Shown here: positions 1 through 7,832 of the stretch, in pieces
Numbering within the stretch: the first letter of the stretch is position 1
How the letters are laid out: each line of letters opens with the position of its first letter
Source: an uncultured delta proteobacterium
Lineage (GTDB): Bacteria > Myxococcota_A > Polyangia > Fen-1088
NCBI GenBank assembly: GCA_963737265.1
Contig: CAVTRY010000002.1
Coordinates: 42,018 to 106,017 of the forward strand
Reading direction: 5' to 3'
Length of the DNA stretch: 64,000 bases
Translations under genes and position numbers: made by a program
Notes under the pieces: generated by a model
Seen by the model: the letters and a program-made list of their open reading frames with translations, nothing else
Databases searched by the model: none
Told to the model about the DNA's origin: nothing

Positions 1-286
1 GCACGACTGCGAGGACATCACTGAGCCAGTACTTGAGAATGAGGAGTTCGCTGGGCTTGACGAGGTCGGTTCCAGCCGCAACCCCGGTGCCGAAACCGAC
101 CGCTCCGGTCATGTCGTCTGTGGCCCTGGGGCCCATCAAGGGTGCCGCCGGAATTACCGCAGCTTCGGTGCCAGGCGCCACGGCGGGTGCCGGAGCGATG
201 GGGGCTTGAGCCAAGGCGGGCATGGCAGCACCGAGGATCGATGCCAGAGCTGTCGATGCGATGAAGTAGATTTTGGTTCGGGTCAT
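1..286 (-). CDS. Secreted protein, 5' part only (runs off window); possibly an outer-membrane protein
   Basis: ATG at 286 with AAGGA upstream; translates MTRTKIYFIASTALASILGAAMPALAQAPIAPAP...GAVGFGTGV...LILKYWLSDVLAVV with a signal peptide (ALA/Q) and no stop before base 1. Not in the ORF track. Confidence 0.7.
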   Translation of the reverse strand, partial: MTRTKIYFIASTALASILGAAMPALAQAPIAPAPAVAPGTEAAVIPAAPLMGPRATDDMTGAVGFGTGVAAGTDLVKPSELLILKYWLSDVLAVV

Positions 287-425
287 GTTTGATTTCCTTC
301 TTTTGGTTGATGAGTTGAGTCTTGCGGGTGCCGACGGTGCGGCAATGTGTCCTACACCAACACACATATGTAATTTCTAGCCTGATTCCTTGTATCTGTC
401 ACGTTTCTACACTGGCGCGTCGTGT

Positions 426-1034
426 CTAGGCGAAGTTGTTGAAGTAGCCAATCGACTTGGCCCGTGCCTTCACCTGCTCTTCGGCTTCAAGTAGCTCGGC
501 GGTCGAGTCCCAGCGGCCGGTGAGAAATTGCTGGCGAACGCCATCGGGCATGCCGAAGGCGTAGCGCTTGCCGGCCACCTCGATGGACTTGTCCTGTAGG
601 CTTAGGCGGATTGATGCCGTGGCATCTCTCTCGACTGTGGCCATCAGCGCCTCGATCGTGGCCTGGCTCACCTTGCAGCAGGGCACGCCGATGGCGACGC
701 AGTTGCCGAAGAAGATCTCGGCGAAGCTTTCGCCCACGACGACCCGCACGCCCCAACGATTGATCGCCTGGGGCGCATGCTCGCGCGACGATCCGCAGCC
801 GAAGTTCTTGTTTACCAGCAGCACCTGCGCCCCTTGATACGCCGGGTTGTCGAAGGCGTGGCAGGCGCCGGTCGCGCCGAGCTGGGCGCGGTCGTCCTCG
901 AATGCGTGCTCGCCGAGGCCGTCGAACACCACGGTACGCAGGTAGCGCGCGGGGATGATGCGGTCGGTGTCGATGTCGTTGCCGCGCAGGGGGATTGCGC
1001 GTCCTTCGAACAGATTGCGTTTGACGTCTTCCAT
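426..1034 (-). CDS. leuD: 3-isopropylmalate dehydratase small subunit
   Basis: [13 protein letters not shown] and [14 protein letters not shown] motifs; follows leuC. Confidence 0.93.
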   Translation of the reverse strand: MEDVKRNLFEGRAIPLRGNDIDTDRIIPARYLRTVVFDGLGEHAFEDDRAQLGATGACHAFDNPAYQGAQVLLVNKNFGCGSSREHAPQAINRWGVRVVVGESFAEIFFGNCVAIGVPCCKVSQATIEALMATVERDATASIRLSLQDKSIEVAGKRYAFGMPDGVRQQFLTGRWDSTAELLEAEEQVKARAKSIGYFNNFA

Positions 1035-1052
1035 GGTTGTCGATCCCTTTCC

Positions 1053-2474
1053 TTAGCCAATCCCAAAGATCTTGCGTGCGTCCGCGACCTTGCCGGTGAT
1101 GGCGGCGGCGGCCACCATGAGCGGGCTCATGAGCAGGGTGCGGCCTTGCGGCGATCCCTGGCGCCCTTTGAAGTTGCGATTCGACGACGAGGCGCAGACC
1201 TCGCGGCCGGCCAGCTTGTCCGGGTTCATCGCCAGGCACATCGAGCAGCCGGCCTCGCGAAACATGAAGCCGGCGTCGCTGAACACCTTGTCCCAGCCGC
1301 GCGCCAACATGTCGTTGCGCACCTGCTCTGAACCAGGCACTACCAAGGCGCGCACATTCGGCTGTACCTTGTATTTGCCGGCCTTGAGGACCTTCACCAC
1401 CTCTTCGAAATCGGACAGGCGGCCGTTGGTGCACGACCCGATGAAGGCGACGTCGATCTTGGTTCCCACGATGGGCTGGCCGGGCTGGAAATCCATGTAC
1501 GCATAGGCCTCTCGCACGGAATCGCGCTCGTTCTCGCCGAACGATTCGGCAGACGGGATGGCGGCGTCCACGGCGACCGACTGCGCCGGCGTGATGCCCC
1601 AGGTCACCACGGGCGGGATGTCTTCGGCGCGGATGCGAACCACGTCGTCGTAGCTTGCGCCGGAATCGCTTTTGACGCTTTCCCAGTAAGCCACTGCGCG
1701 ATCCCAGGCCAGACCTTTAGGAGAATACTCGCGACCCTTGAGATAGGCGTACGTTGTCTGGTCGGGATTGACGTAACCGCAGCGCGCGCCGCCCTCGATG
1801 CTCATGTTACAGACGGTCATGCGCTCGTCCATGGTGAAGCGGTCGAAGAGATCGCCGCCGTATTCGTAGGCGAAGCCCACGCCGCCGTTCACGCCGAGAA
1901 GCTGAATGATGTAGAGGATCACGTCCTTGGCGTACACGCCCGGGCGCAGGTTGCCGGTGACTTCGATGCGCCGGACTTTGAGCTTTTCCATGGCCAGGGT
2001 CTGCGTCGCCAACACGTCGCGGATCTGTGAGGTGCCGATGCCGAAGGCGAGCGCGCCGAAGGCGCCGTGGGTGGCTGTGTGCGAATCGCCGCAGCAGATG
2101 GTCATGCCGGGCTGGGTGAGGCCGCGCTCGGGGCCGACGACGTGGACGATGCCGTTTTCGTTGGCAGCGGGCGAAAAGAAGCGGATGCCGAAGTCTTTCA
2201 CGGACTTCTCCAGGCTTTGCAGCATCTCTTCCGCCATGGCGTCCTGGTATGGACGCAACTTGGTGTGCGTGGGCACGATGTGGTCCACGGTGGCGAAGGT
2301 TCGCTCGGGAAACAGGACCTTCAGTTTGCGCTCGCGAATCATGGCGAAGGCCTGCGGAGAGGTTACTTCGTGCAGCAGGTGCAAGCCCATGAGCAGTTGG
2401 GCCTGCCCCGACGGCAGTTGGCGAACGACGTGTCGGTCGAAGACTTTTTCGTACAGCGTTTGGGCCATGGTCAT
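1053..2474 (-). CDS. leuC: 3-isopropylmalate dehydratase large subunit
   Basis: [29 protein letters not shown] and GCSMCLAMN (4Fe-4S ligands), [12 protein letters not shown]. Confidence 0.93.
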   Translation of the reverse strand: MTMAQTLYEKVFDRHVVRQLPSGQAQLLMGLHLLHEVTSPQAFAMIRERKLKVLFPERTFATVDHIVPTHTKLRPYQDAMAEEMLQSLEKSVKDFGIRFFSPAANENGIVHVVGPERGLTQPGMTICCGDSHTATHGAFGALAFGIGTSQIRDVLATQTLAMEKLKVRRIEVTGNLRPGVYAKDVILYIIQLLGVNGGVGFAYEYGGDLFDRFTMDERMTVCNMSIEGGARCGYVNPDQTTYAYLKGREYSPKGLAWDRAVAYWESVKSDSGASYDDVVRIRAEDIPPVVTWGITPAQSVAVDAAIPSAESFGENERDSVREAYAYMDFQPGQPIVGTKIDVAFIGSCTNGRLSDFEEVVKVLKAGKYKVQPNVRALVVPGSEQVRNDMLARGWDKVFSDAGFMFREAGCSMCLAMNPDKLAGREVCASSSNRNFKGRQGSPQGRTLLMSPLMVAAAAITGKVADARKIFGIG

Positions 2475-2947
2475 TTGTCCTTGTTCATGCTTGCGTACTC
2501 ATCCAGACGTTCGGTCAGGGTGCTTCCGAAGGTGACGAAATTTTCGATCTGGGCGCGGTCGAGCGGCAGCCAGATCTTTTCGATGGCCAGCTCGCGCTCC
2601 TCGCGCAGGGTTTGCAGAATGCGCTTGCCCCTGGCGGTCAGGACATAGTCGCGTTGCCGGCCGTCGGACTTGGACAGGCTGACGCTGATGAGATTCTTGC
2701 CGAGAAGCTGGCGCAGGGTTTTGGAAACCGCTGCGGGCGAGCTTTCGCGCGTCTTCGCGAACATGCTGGGCATGAAGTGCTCGCGCGAGATTTCTTCAAG
2801 AACGCCCCACTGTCCGTCGCTGAGCCCCACCGAAAAGGCGAGCTGTTCGCGGCGGCGCGCAAAAGAGCCGGTCAGGCGGCCGAGGCAAGCGATGGCCGCG
2901 TGGACCGCGGCCAAGTCGGCGCGAGAGCCGGTGCGGTTGCTTGCCAT
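2471..2947 (-). CDS. MarR family transcriptional regulator
   Basis: 158 aa winged HTH ([10 protein letters not shown]...[13 protein letters not shown]); stop overlaps the leuC start (ATGA). Confidence 0.85.
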   Translation of the reverse strand: MASNRTGSRADLAAVHAAIACLGRLTGSFARRREQLAFSVGLSDGQWGVLEEISREHFMPSMFAKTRESSPAAVSKTLRQLLGKNLISVSLSKSDGRQRDYVLTARGKRILQTLREERELAIEKIWLPLDRAQIENFVTFGSTLTERLDEYASMNKDK

Positions 2948-2954
2948 GGATAAA

Positions 2955-2982
2955 TAGTTAACCTTGGTTAACTAAAAGTCAA
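2955..2982 (-). promoter_or_regulatory. Probable MarR operator palindrome within a putative leaderless sigma70 promoter
   Basis: Perfect inverted repeat TAGTTAACC-TT-GGTTAACTA (2955-2974). On the minus strand, TTGACT-17 bp-AACTAT ends 6 nt before the ATG at 2947; no Shine-Dalgarno sequence. Confidence 0.65.
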
Positions 2983-3047
2983 GGGCGATCATCGCGCGGG
3001 CTTCTCACCGTCGATTTCAGATTTCGGCCACCGGTCACAGCGAAGTT

Positions 3048-3090
3048 GCGCGCCCGGAGGGAATCGAACCCCCAGCCCTCGGCTTCGAAG
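3048..3090 (-). repeat. att core: displaced 3' half of tRNA-Arg(UCG)
   Basis: 43 bp identical to 10944-10986 (anticodon loop to acceptor end). Confidence 0.92.
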
Positions 3091-3140
3091 ATCTGCACGA
3101 TACATCGCAGGGCGTATCCGATGGTAGTAAATTGTTGGAA

Positions 3141-3153
3141 AATCAACGAGTTA
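3141..3153 (+). promoter_or_regulatory. IHF-binding consensus in the left att arm
   Basis: AATCAA-CGAG-TTA matches WATCAAN4TTR. Confidence 0.6.
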
Positions 3154-3204
3154 CGCATGGAGACCTTAGCCGCGAGTCGCCACAAATTGCACCGAATAGC
3201 CAAC

Positions 3205-3226
3205 CGTTTGGTGCAATAGTGGTACA
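3205..3226 (+). repeat. Putative integrase arm-type site pair (left end)
   Basis: CGTTTGGTGCAATAGTGGTACA, identical to 10739-10760; internal TGGTRCA repeats 11 bp apart. Confidence 0.7.
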
Positions 3227-3276
3227 AGAAATTTCGGAAGCCGAGGGTAGGGGGGTCCGCGACTGTCGGCCCCTTT

Positions 3277-3441
3277 CTGACCGTTCGTGAGGTGGCGGCG
3301 CGGCTGCGCGTGTGCATGGCTACCGTATACAGCCTGTGCGAGTCCGGCGGGCTAACGCACGTGCGCCTGAACAACGCGATCCGGGTGGCCGAGGGGGACT
3401 TGCGGCACTACTTGGAGAAGGTCTCGAAAGGTCCACGATGA
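3277..3441 (+). CDS. Excisionase-like HTH (HTH_17/Xis-type) protein; start uncertain
   Basis: LTVREVAARLRVCMATVYSLCESGGLTHVRLNNAIRVAEGDLRHYLEKVSKGPR*; no ATG at the N-terminus (CTG 3277 or GTG 3292); next to att. Not in the ORF track. Confidence 0.75.
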   Translation: MTVREVAARLRVCMATVYSLCESGGLTHVRLNNAIRVAEGDLRHYLEKVSKGPR

Positions 3442-3604
3442 GGATCGAGGTCGGAGTCTCGCCGAAGGCGACAGACGCCTCGATCAGCATTATCGTTTGG
3501 GTGAAGATGATCAAGGCCATGGTGTTCGCTGTGAACGATGTCGATGCCCAGCCTGCCGAGAGGGTGCGGGTGCCCATGCCCGATAGGTCACGAGAGGTAG
3601 CTGT

Positions 3605-5104
3605 ATGAGCCCGACCCGCTCGGCCGAGTACATGGCCGGCCTCGTCCGCGAGGTGTGCAAACTCCCTCGCGAGACCGAATGGGTGGAGTTCAAGGAGAAC
3701 AAGGCCGAGCCGCAGGAGATCGGTGAGTACCTCTCGGCTCTCGCCAACGCTGCTGCCCTGGCGGGCAAGGCTTTCGCCTATCTCGCGTGGGGCGTGAATG
3801 ATGAGTCTCACCATGTTGGCGGCACGCATTTCGTACCGACGGCCACGAAGGTGGGCAACGAAGAACTTGAAAGCTGGCTGCTTCGACTGCTCACGCCCAA
3901 GATCCAATTTCGATTCTTCGATGTCGACATGGACGGCAAGCGCGTCGTTCTCCTGGAGATCGAGCGCGCCTCCCGGCAACCTGTTCAGTTCCAGGGCCAG
4001 GAGTACATTCGCGTTGGCACCTACAAGAAGAAGCTCAAGGACTTCCCCGAGAAGGAACGAACGCTTTGGCGCATCTTTGACCGAATACCCTTCGAGGATG
4101 GAATCGCCCGAGAGCATGTGAGCGATGACGAAGTCTTGAGGATCATCGACTACCCGAGCTACTTCGATCTGCTTGACCGACCTCTCCCCGACGGCAAACA
4201 AGGTGTCCTCGGTGCGCTGGAAGAGGACACCTTGATCCGCAGATGTGATGCCGGCGGCTGGAACATAACCAACCTTGGCGCCGCGCTGTTCGCGAGACGC
4301 CTGGACGACTTCGCGGGGCTTGGTCGCAAGGCCGTTCGCGTGATCGTCTACCAGGGCAACAACCGAATCGAGACGGTCAAGGAACAGATCGGCGGCAAGG
4401 GCTATGGGAGCGGCTTCGAGGGGCTCATCGCGTTCATCAACGATCTGGTTCCGTCCAACGAGGTGATCGGGCAAGCGTTGCGCAAGACCGTGCCGATGTA
4501 CCCGGAGCTCGCGGTTCGCGAACTCGTCGCCAATGCCCTCATCCACCAGGATTTCTTCGTCACCGGGGCGGGACCCACGGTGGAGATCTTCGCCGACCGA
4601 ATGGAGGTCACGAATCCAGGTGAGCCACTGGTAGCGGCAGATCGATTCTTGGACACGCCCCCCAAGTCTCGCAACGAGGCACTGGCTTCTCTGATGAGGC
4701 GCATGGGCGTCTGTGAGGAGCGCGGAAGCGGCGTCGACAAGGTTGTGTCTCAGACGGAGTTGTTCCAGCTCCCCGCACCGCTCTTTGAAGTGACGGGGGA
4801 ATCGACGCGCGCGGTGCTCTTTGCACACCGTCCACTGACCAAGATGGACAAGGATGACCGCGTGCGCGCCTGCTATCTCCACGCTTGCCTGAAGTACGTC
4901 AGCCGCGATTGCCTGACGAACACCTCTCTTCGCGAGCGGTTCGGGATCGACCCGCAGAACAGCGCCACGGCATCTCGCATCATCAAGGAAGCAGTGGAGG
5001 CGCGCGCCATTGCGCCGGTTGATGAAGACGCCGCGAAGAAGCTCATGAAATACGTTCCGTGGTGGGCCGCGGGGCGGCGACCGGTGGAAGGAAGGGCGCC
5101 GTAA
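3605..5104 (+). CDS. Schlafen/AlbA_2 domain + HATPase_c_4 protein with C-terminal HTH
   Basis: ETEWVEFKEN, SALANAA, ELVANALIHQDF, VTNPG, RNEALASLM, EERGSG motifs. Confidence 0.85.
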   Translation: MSPTRSAEYMAGLVREVCKLPRETEWVEFKENKAEPQEIGEYLSALANAAALAGKAFAYLAWGVNDESHHVGGTHFVPTATKVGNEELESWLLRLLTPKIQFRFFDVDMDGKRVVLLEIERASRQPVQFQGQEYIRVGTYKKKLKDFPEKERTLWRIFDRIPFEDGIAREHVSDDEVLRIIDYPSYFDLLDRPLPDGKQGVLGALEEDTLIRRCDAGGWNITNLGAALFARRLDDFAGLGRKAVRVIVYQGNNRIETVKEQIGGKGYGSGFEGLIAFINDLVPSNEVIGQALRKTVPMYPELAVRELVANALIHQDFFVTGAGPTVEIFADRMEVTNPGEPLVAADRFLDTPPKSRNEALASLMRRMGVCEERGSGVDKVVSQTELFQLPAPLFEVTGESTRAVLFAHRPLTKMDKDDRVRACYLHACLKYVSRDCLTNTSLRERFGIDPQNSATASRIIKEAVEARAIAPVDEDAAKKLMKYVPWWAAGRRPVEGRAP

Positions 5105-5174
5105 CTTCATTTGATGGCCGCGCCGATAGCGAACCTGCTATGGCAAAAAACATGTGTGTCTGCAGTAGGTTAGC

Positions 5175-5954
5175 TCATTTGATGGGTATTTGATCGGGAA
5201 GAGTTTGGCTTGTTGCAGCTTGACCAGTTGGGCCAGTCGACGCGCCATCAAGCCCGACTTTCTGAAGACCGGTCTCGAGATCGCGAACTTCGTCGAGGAA
5301 TGCGGCTGCATCGCGACCTTTACCTTGTGCAGCCTTCCACTCCCACTCGAGCAGGCACTTTGTCGCCTTGGGACCGAGACAACAGTCTTCACCGATGCCC
5401 TCCACGACCCAGTCGGGCTGGCCCGCATACAGTCCCTCGTCCATCTCGCGAATCGCCTGGGTAAAGCTGAAGCCAGGATCGATGCCCTCGGCGATGACCC
5501 TCGGAATCAGGCTGTGCATCTTCGCCGCGACAGCGTCCAGATCCAGTCCGATGGAATACGTGTCGATGTACGGTGGTTCCCAGTCGGCGTCCTGATGAAC
5601 GTAGTCGCCGGTTTCGGCGGCGGATTCGTCAACGATGCGAGTCCATTCTTGCCAAAGCCGGTCCCATTCCTGCCGGAGCTTTCCCTTCCCCGCTGCGGGC
5701 ACGGTGGCCTTTTGACTTCGAGCGGGCTTGCGCGGCGGATCGAGCGCGGGGATCAACGCCGCCGCGGTTTCTGGGGCGACTCGGGCGAGTAGTCGTTTTC
5801 GGGAAGCGTTGTCCAGAACCAGGAGTGATGACGCGACCACGCGGCGAATCTCTTCCTCGGAGAGCGCTTCCTCGAGACGTCGAAGCAATGCGTCCTCCTC
5901 CGGCAAAGCCCCGAATGACTTCTTGTGGGAGGACCGCCTAGAACGCTGGAACAT
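5175..5954 (-). CDS. Hypothetical protein, possibly C-terminally truncated
   Basis: 259-aa ORF with plausible helical composition; its tail runs into an AT-richer repeat-containing junction. Confidence 0.55.
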   Translation of the reverse strand: MFQRSRRSSHKKSFGALPEEDALLRRLEEALSEEEIRRVVASSLLVLDNASRKRLLARVAPETAAALIPALDPPRKPARSQKATVPAAGKGKLRQEWDRLWQEWTRIVDESAAETGDYVHQDADWEPPYIDTYSIGLDLDAVAAKMHSLIPRVIAEGIDPGFSFTQAIREMDEGLYAGQPDWVVEGIGEDCCLGPKATKCLLEWEWKAAQGKGRDAAAFLDEVRDLETGLQKVGLDGASTGPTGQAATSQTLPDQIPIK

Positions 5955-6019
5955 AGGTGCAGAGTATCTTGTGTAGCCTATGGCGGATCAAGCTCACATG
6001 CAAGTACCGAAAGCGACAT

Positions 6020-7801
6020 GGGTGGGTTGCACGGGCCCGGGTTCTGGTGGCGGCTGAAGGGCCCGTTTTCCGAGCGCGCTACGGGACGTTGATTCGAGGG
6101 CGAGTTGGTGGGTGGCGCGCTCGGAAAACGGGCCCTGGCGTGGTTCCCAAAATGGAAGGAATTTGCGTAGGAAGGAGATTCATGGCGATGCCTTCAGCTA
6201 TCCAAGAAGGAGGCACCGCCATGAGACGACCCAATGTCGCAGGATTGACTTTGCAGGCTCTGGAACCGCTCGTCCAGAAATTGAACGAGCTCGAACAACA
6301 AGCGCTGCGCGGCGATGGCATGTCCGTGGCGACGCTGGGGGCTGCGCTGGCGACGACGTTGTCGACTGTGGGCCGAAGAGCCATGGAACTGGTCATCCAG
6401 CAGGCCGCGCGGGCTCATGGACCTGGACAAGTCTGCACCTGTGGAAAGCAAGCCAAATCCAGAGGATTTGAGAGAACGACGTTCGTGGCGAGATTCGGTC
6501 GGGTGGAAGCCGATCGTCGACGCAACGAGTGTGTTTGCGGCCGCAGCTGGTTTGCCTTTGACGAGGCTTGGGGCCTTCCTGCGGGCGAATACGCCGACGA
6601 TGTGCGCGAGGCGACCGAAAGGCTGGCCTGCCGGATGGGCAGCTTCGACGAGGCCGTCGAGGAACTCCGTTACCTGTGGGCCGTGGCTCCCGACGGGAGC
6701 ACCGCCAAGCGATGGGTGACCGAAGATGGAACGCGTGCCGCCCAGGCCGCCCAGGCCGATGCCGAAGCCCATTGGAGCAAGTACGACCAACAGGTGCACG
6801 CCCAGGCTCGCGGTGACCTGTGTGCGCCCAAGCGTACAGAGGGCTTCGGCGTGATCGAGGTTGACGGTGTTCACGTCCTGACCTGGAAACCAGGACAAGA
6901 GCCACGGCGCAAAGCGACCGACGAGGCGAAGGCGCCGTCTGCGGTCCCGAACGCCACACAGTCGGCAGCGGTCAGCGAGACCGGCGAACGTGCCCTTCGC
7001 CATCAGGCGCCGAGTACCCTGTCCGAGGTCGCTGGCTCGCCCATGGGGCCCACCGGGCGCTCACCACGGGTCGCCGGCCGCGAGGTGTGCATGGGACTGA
7101 CCTACCTCGGGGAACACGCCTGCGAGGAGAGCCCCGGCCGAGGCGTCTTGCTGGACCGGCGCTACGTCGCAACACTCAACGACCGAGACGGCTTTTGGCA
7201 CAAGCTGCACGCCGCCGCCACGACCCAGGGCGTGCTGTCTCGCCAGAAGGTAGTCCGTGTCTCCGACGGTGGCGCTTACTTCATCGAGCACAGCGACGAG
7301 ATCTTCTGCGACCAGCCGTTGCTTGGCATCCTCGACTGCCAGCACGCCAAGCAGCATGTCTGGGAGGCAGGTCACAAGGTCGTGCCGGACAAGAAAGCAG
7401 TGCCATCTTGGGTCTTGCCACGTACCGAGGCCATCATGGACGGCAAGGTCGACCAGGTGCTCTCGGGCCTCGCCCAAGAGCGGCAGCGCTCCACCGGCAG
7501 CCAAGCGGTCAAAGCCCTCGACGACTTGACCGGCTACCTGAGCCGCCACAAGCACATGATGGACTACCCCGCATACCACGCTGCCGGCTATCCGCTGGCC
7601 AGTGCCGCCATCGAAAGCACCAACAAGCGCCTCGTCGGCCGGCGCTGCAAGCAAGGCGGCATGCTCTGGAGCGAGGTCGGCCTTGAAGCCATGGTCGCGC
7701 TCAGGGTTGCCTTCTACAACCCGGGGGCCTGGCTCGCCCTCTGGCCTCACACCCAAGCCCAGGCCGCCCAGTCATGAAACCCGGACCCGTGCAACCCACC
7801 C
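6020..7801 (+). mobile_element. Insertion sequence, ISKra4/ISLre2-like (Mutator-type DDE), 1782 bp
   Basis: 24-bp TIRs GGGTGGGTTGCACGGG(C/T)CCGGGTT (6020-6043 and 7778-7801, 23/24 match); 9-bp target duplication AAGCGACAT (6011-6019 and 7802-7810). Confidence 0.93.
6221..7777 (+). CDS. ISKra4-like DDE transposase
   Basis: ATG preceded by AAGGAGG; EVDG, SDGG, LDCQHA and YPLASAAIESTNK...RCKQGGMLW motifs; N-terminal CxC...CxC. Confidence 0.88.
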   Translation: MRRPNVAGLTLQALEPLVQKLNELEQQALRGDGMSVATLGAALATTLSTVGRRAMELVIQQAARAHGPGQVCTCGKQAKSRGFERTTFVARFGRVEADRRRNECVCGRSWFAFDEAWGLPAGEYADDVREATERLACRMGSFDEAVEELRYLWAVAPDGSTAKRWVTEDGTRAAQAAQADAEAHWSKYDQQVHAQARGDLCAPKRTEGFGVIEVDGVHVLTWKPGQEPRRKATDEAKAPSAVPNATQSAAVSETGERALRHQAPSTLSEVAGSPMGPTGRSPRVAGREVCMGLTYLGEHACEESPGRGVLLDRRYVATLNDRDGFWHKLHAAATTQGVLSRQKVVRVSDGGAYFIEHSDEIFCDQPLLGILDCQHAKQHVWEAGHKVVPDKKAVPSWVLPRTEAIMDGKVDQVLSGLAQERQRSTGSQAVKALDDLTGYLSRHKHMMDYPAYHAAGYPLASAAIESTNKRLVGRRCKQGGMLWSEVGLEAMVALRVAFYNPGAWLALWPHTQAQAAQS

Positions 7802-7832
7802 AAGCGACATCCTCCATGTACGATCCCACCGC

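Noticed and set aside
18-365. 115-aa ORF in the track
   Set aside because: A different minus-strand frame (ATG 286) has an RBS and signal peptide and is the better gene call.
3320-5110. 596-aa antisense ORF, and many similar long shadow ORFs (e.g. 14555-16009, 43176-45152, 47646-49340)
   Set aside because: They overlap well-supported genes, lack motifs, and are expected from stop-codon scarcity in high-GC DNA.
5957-6220. N-terminal extension of the transposase ORF
   Set aside because: It starts outside the IS left TIR; the ATG at 6221 has a strong RBS.
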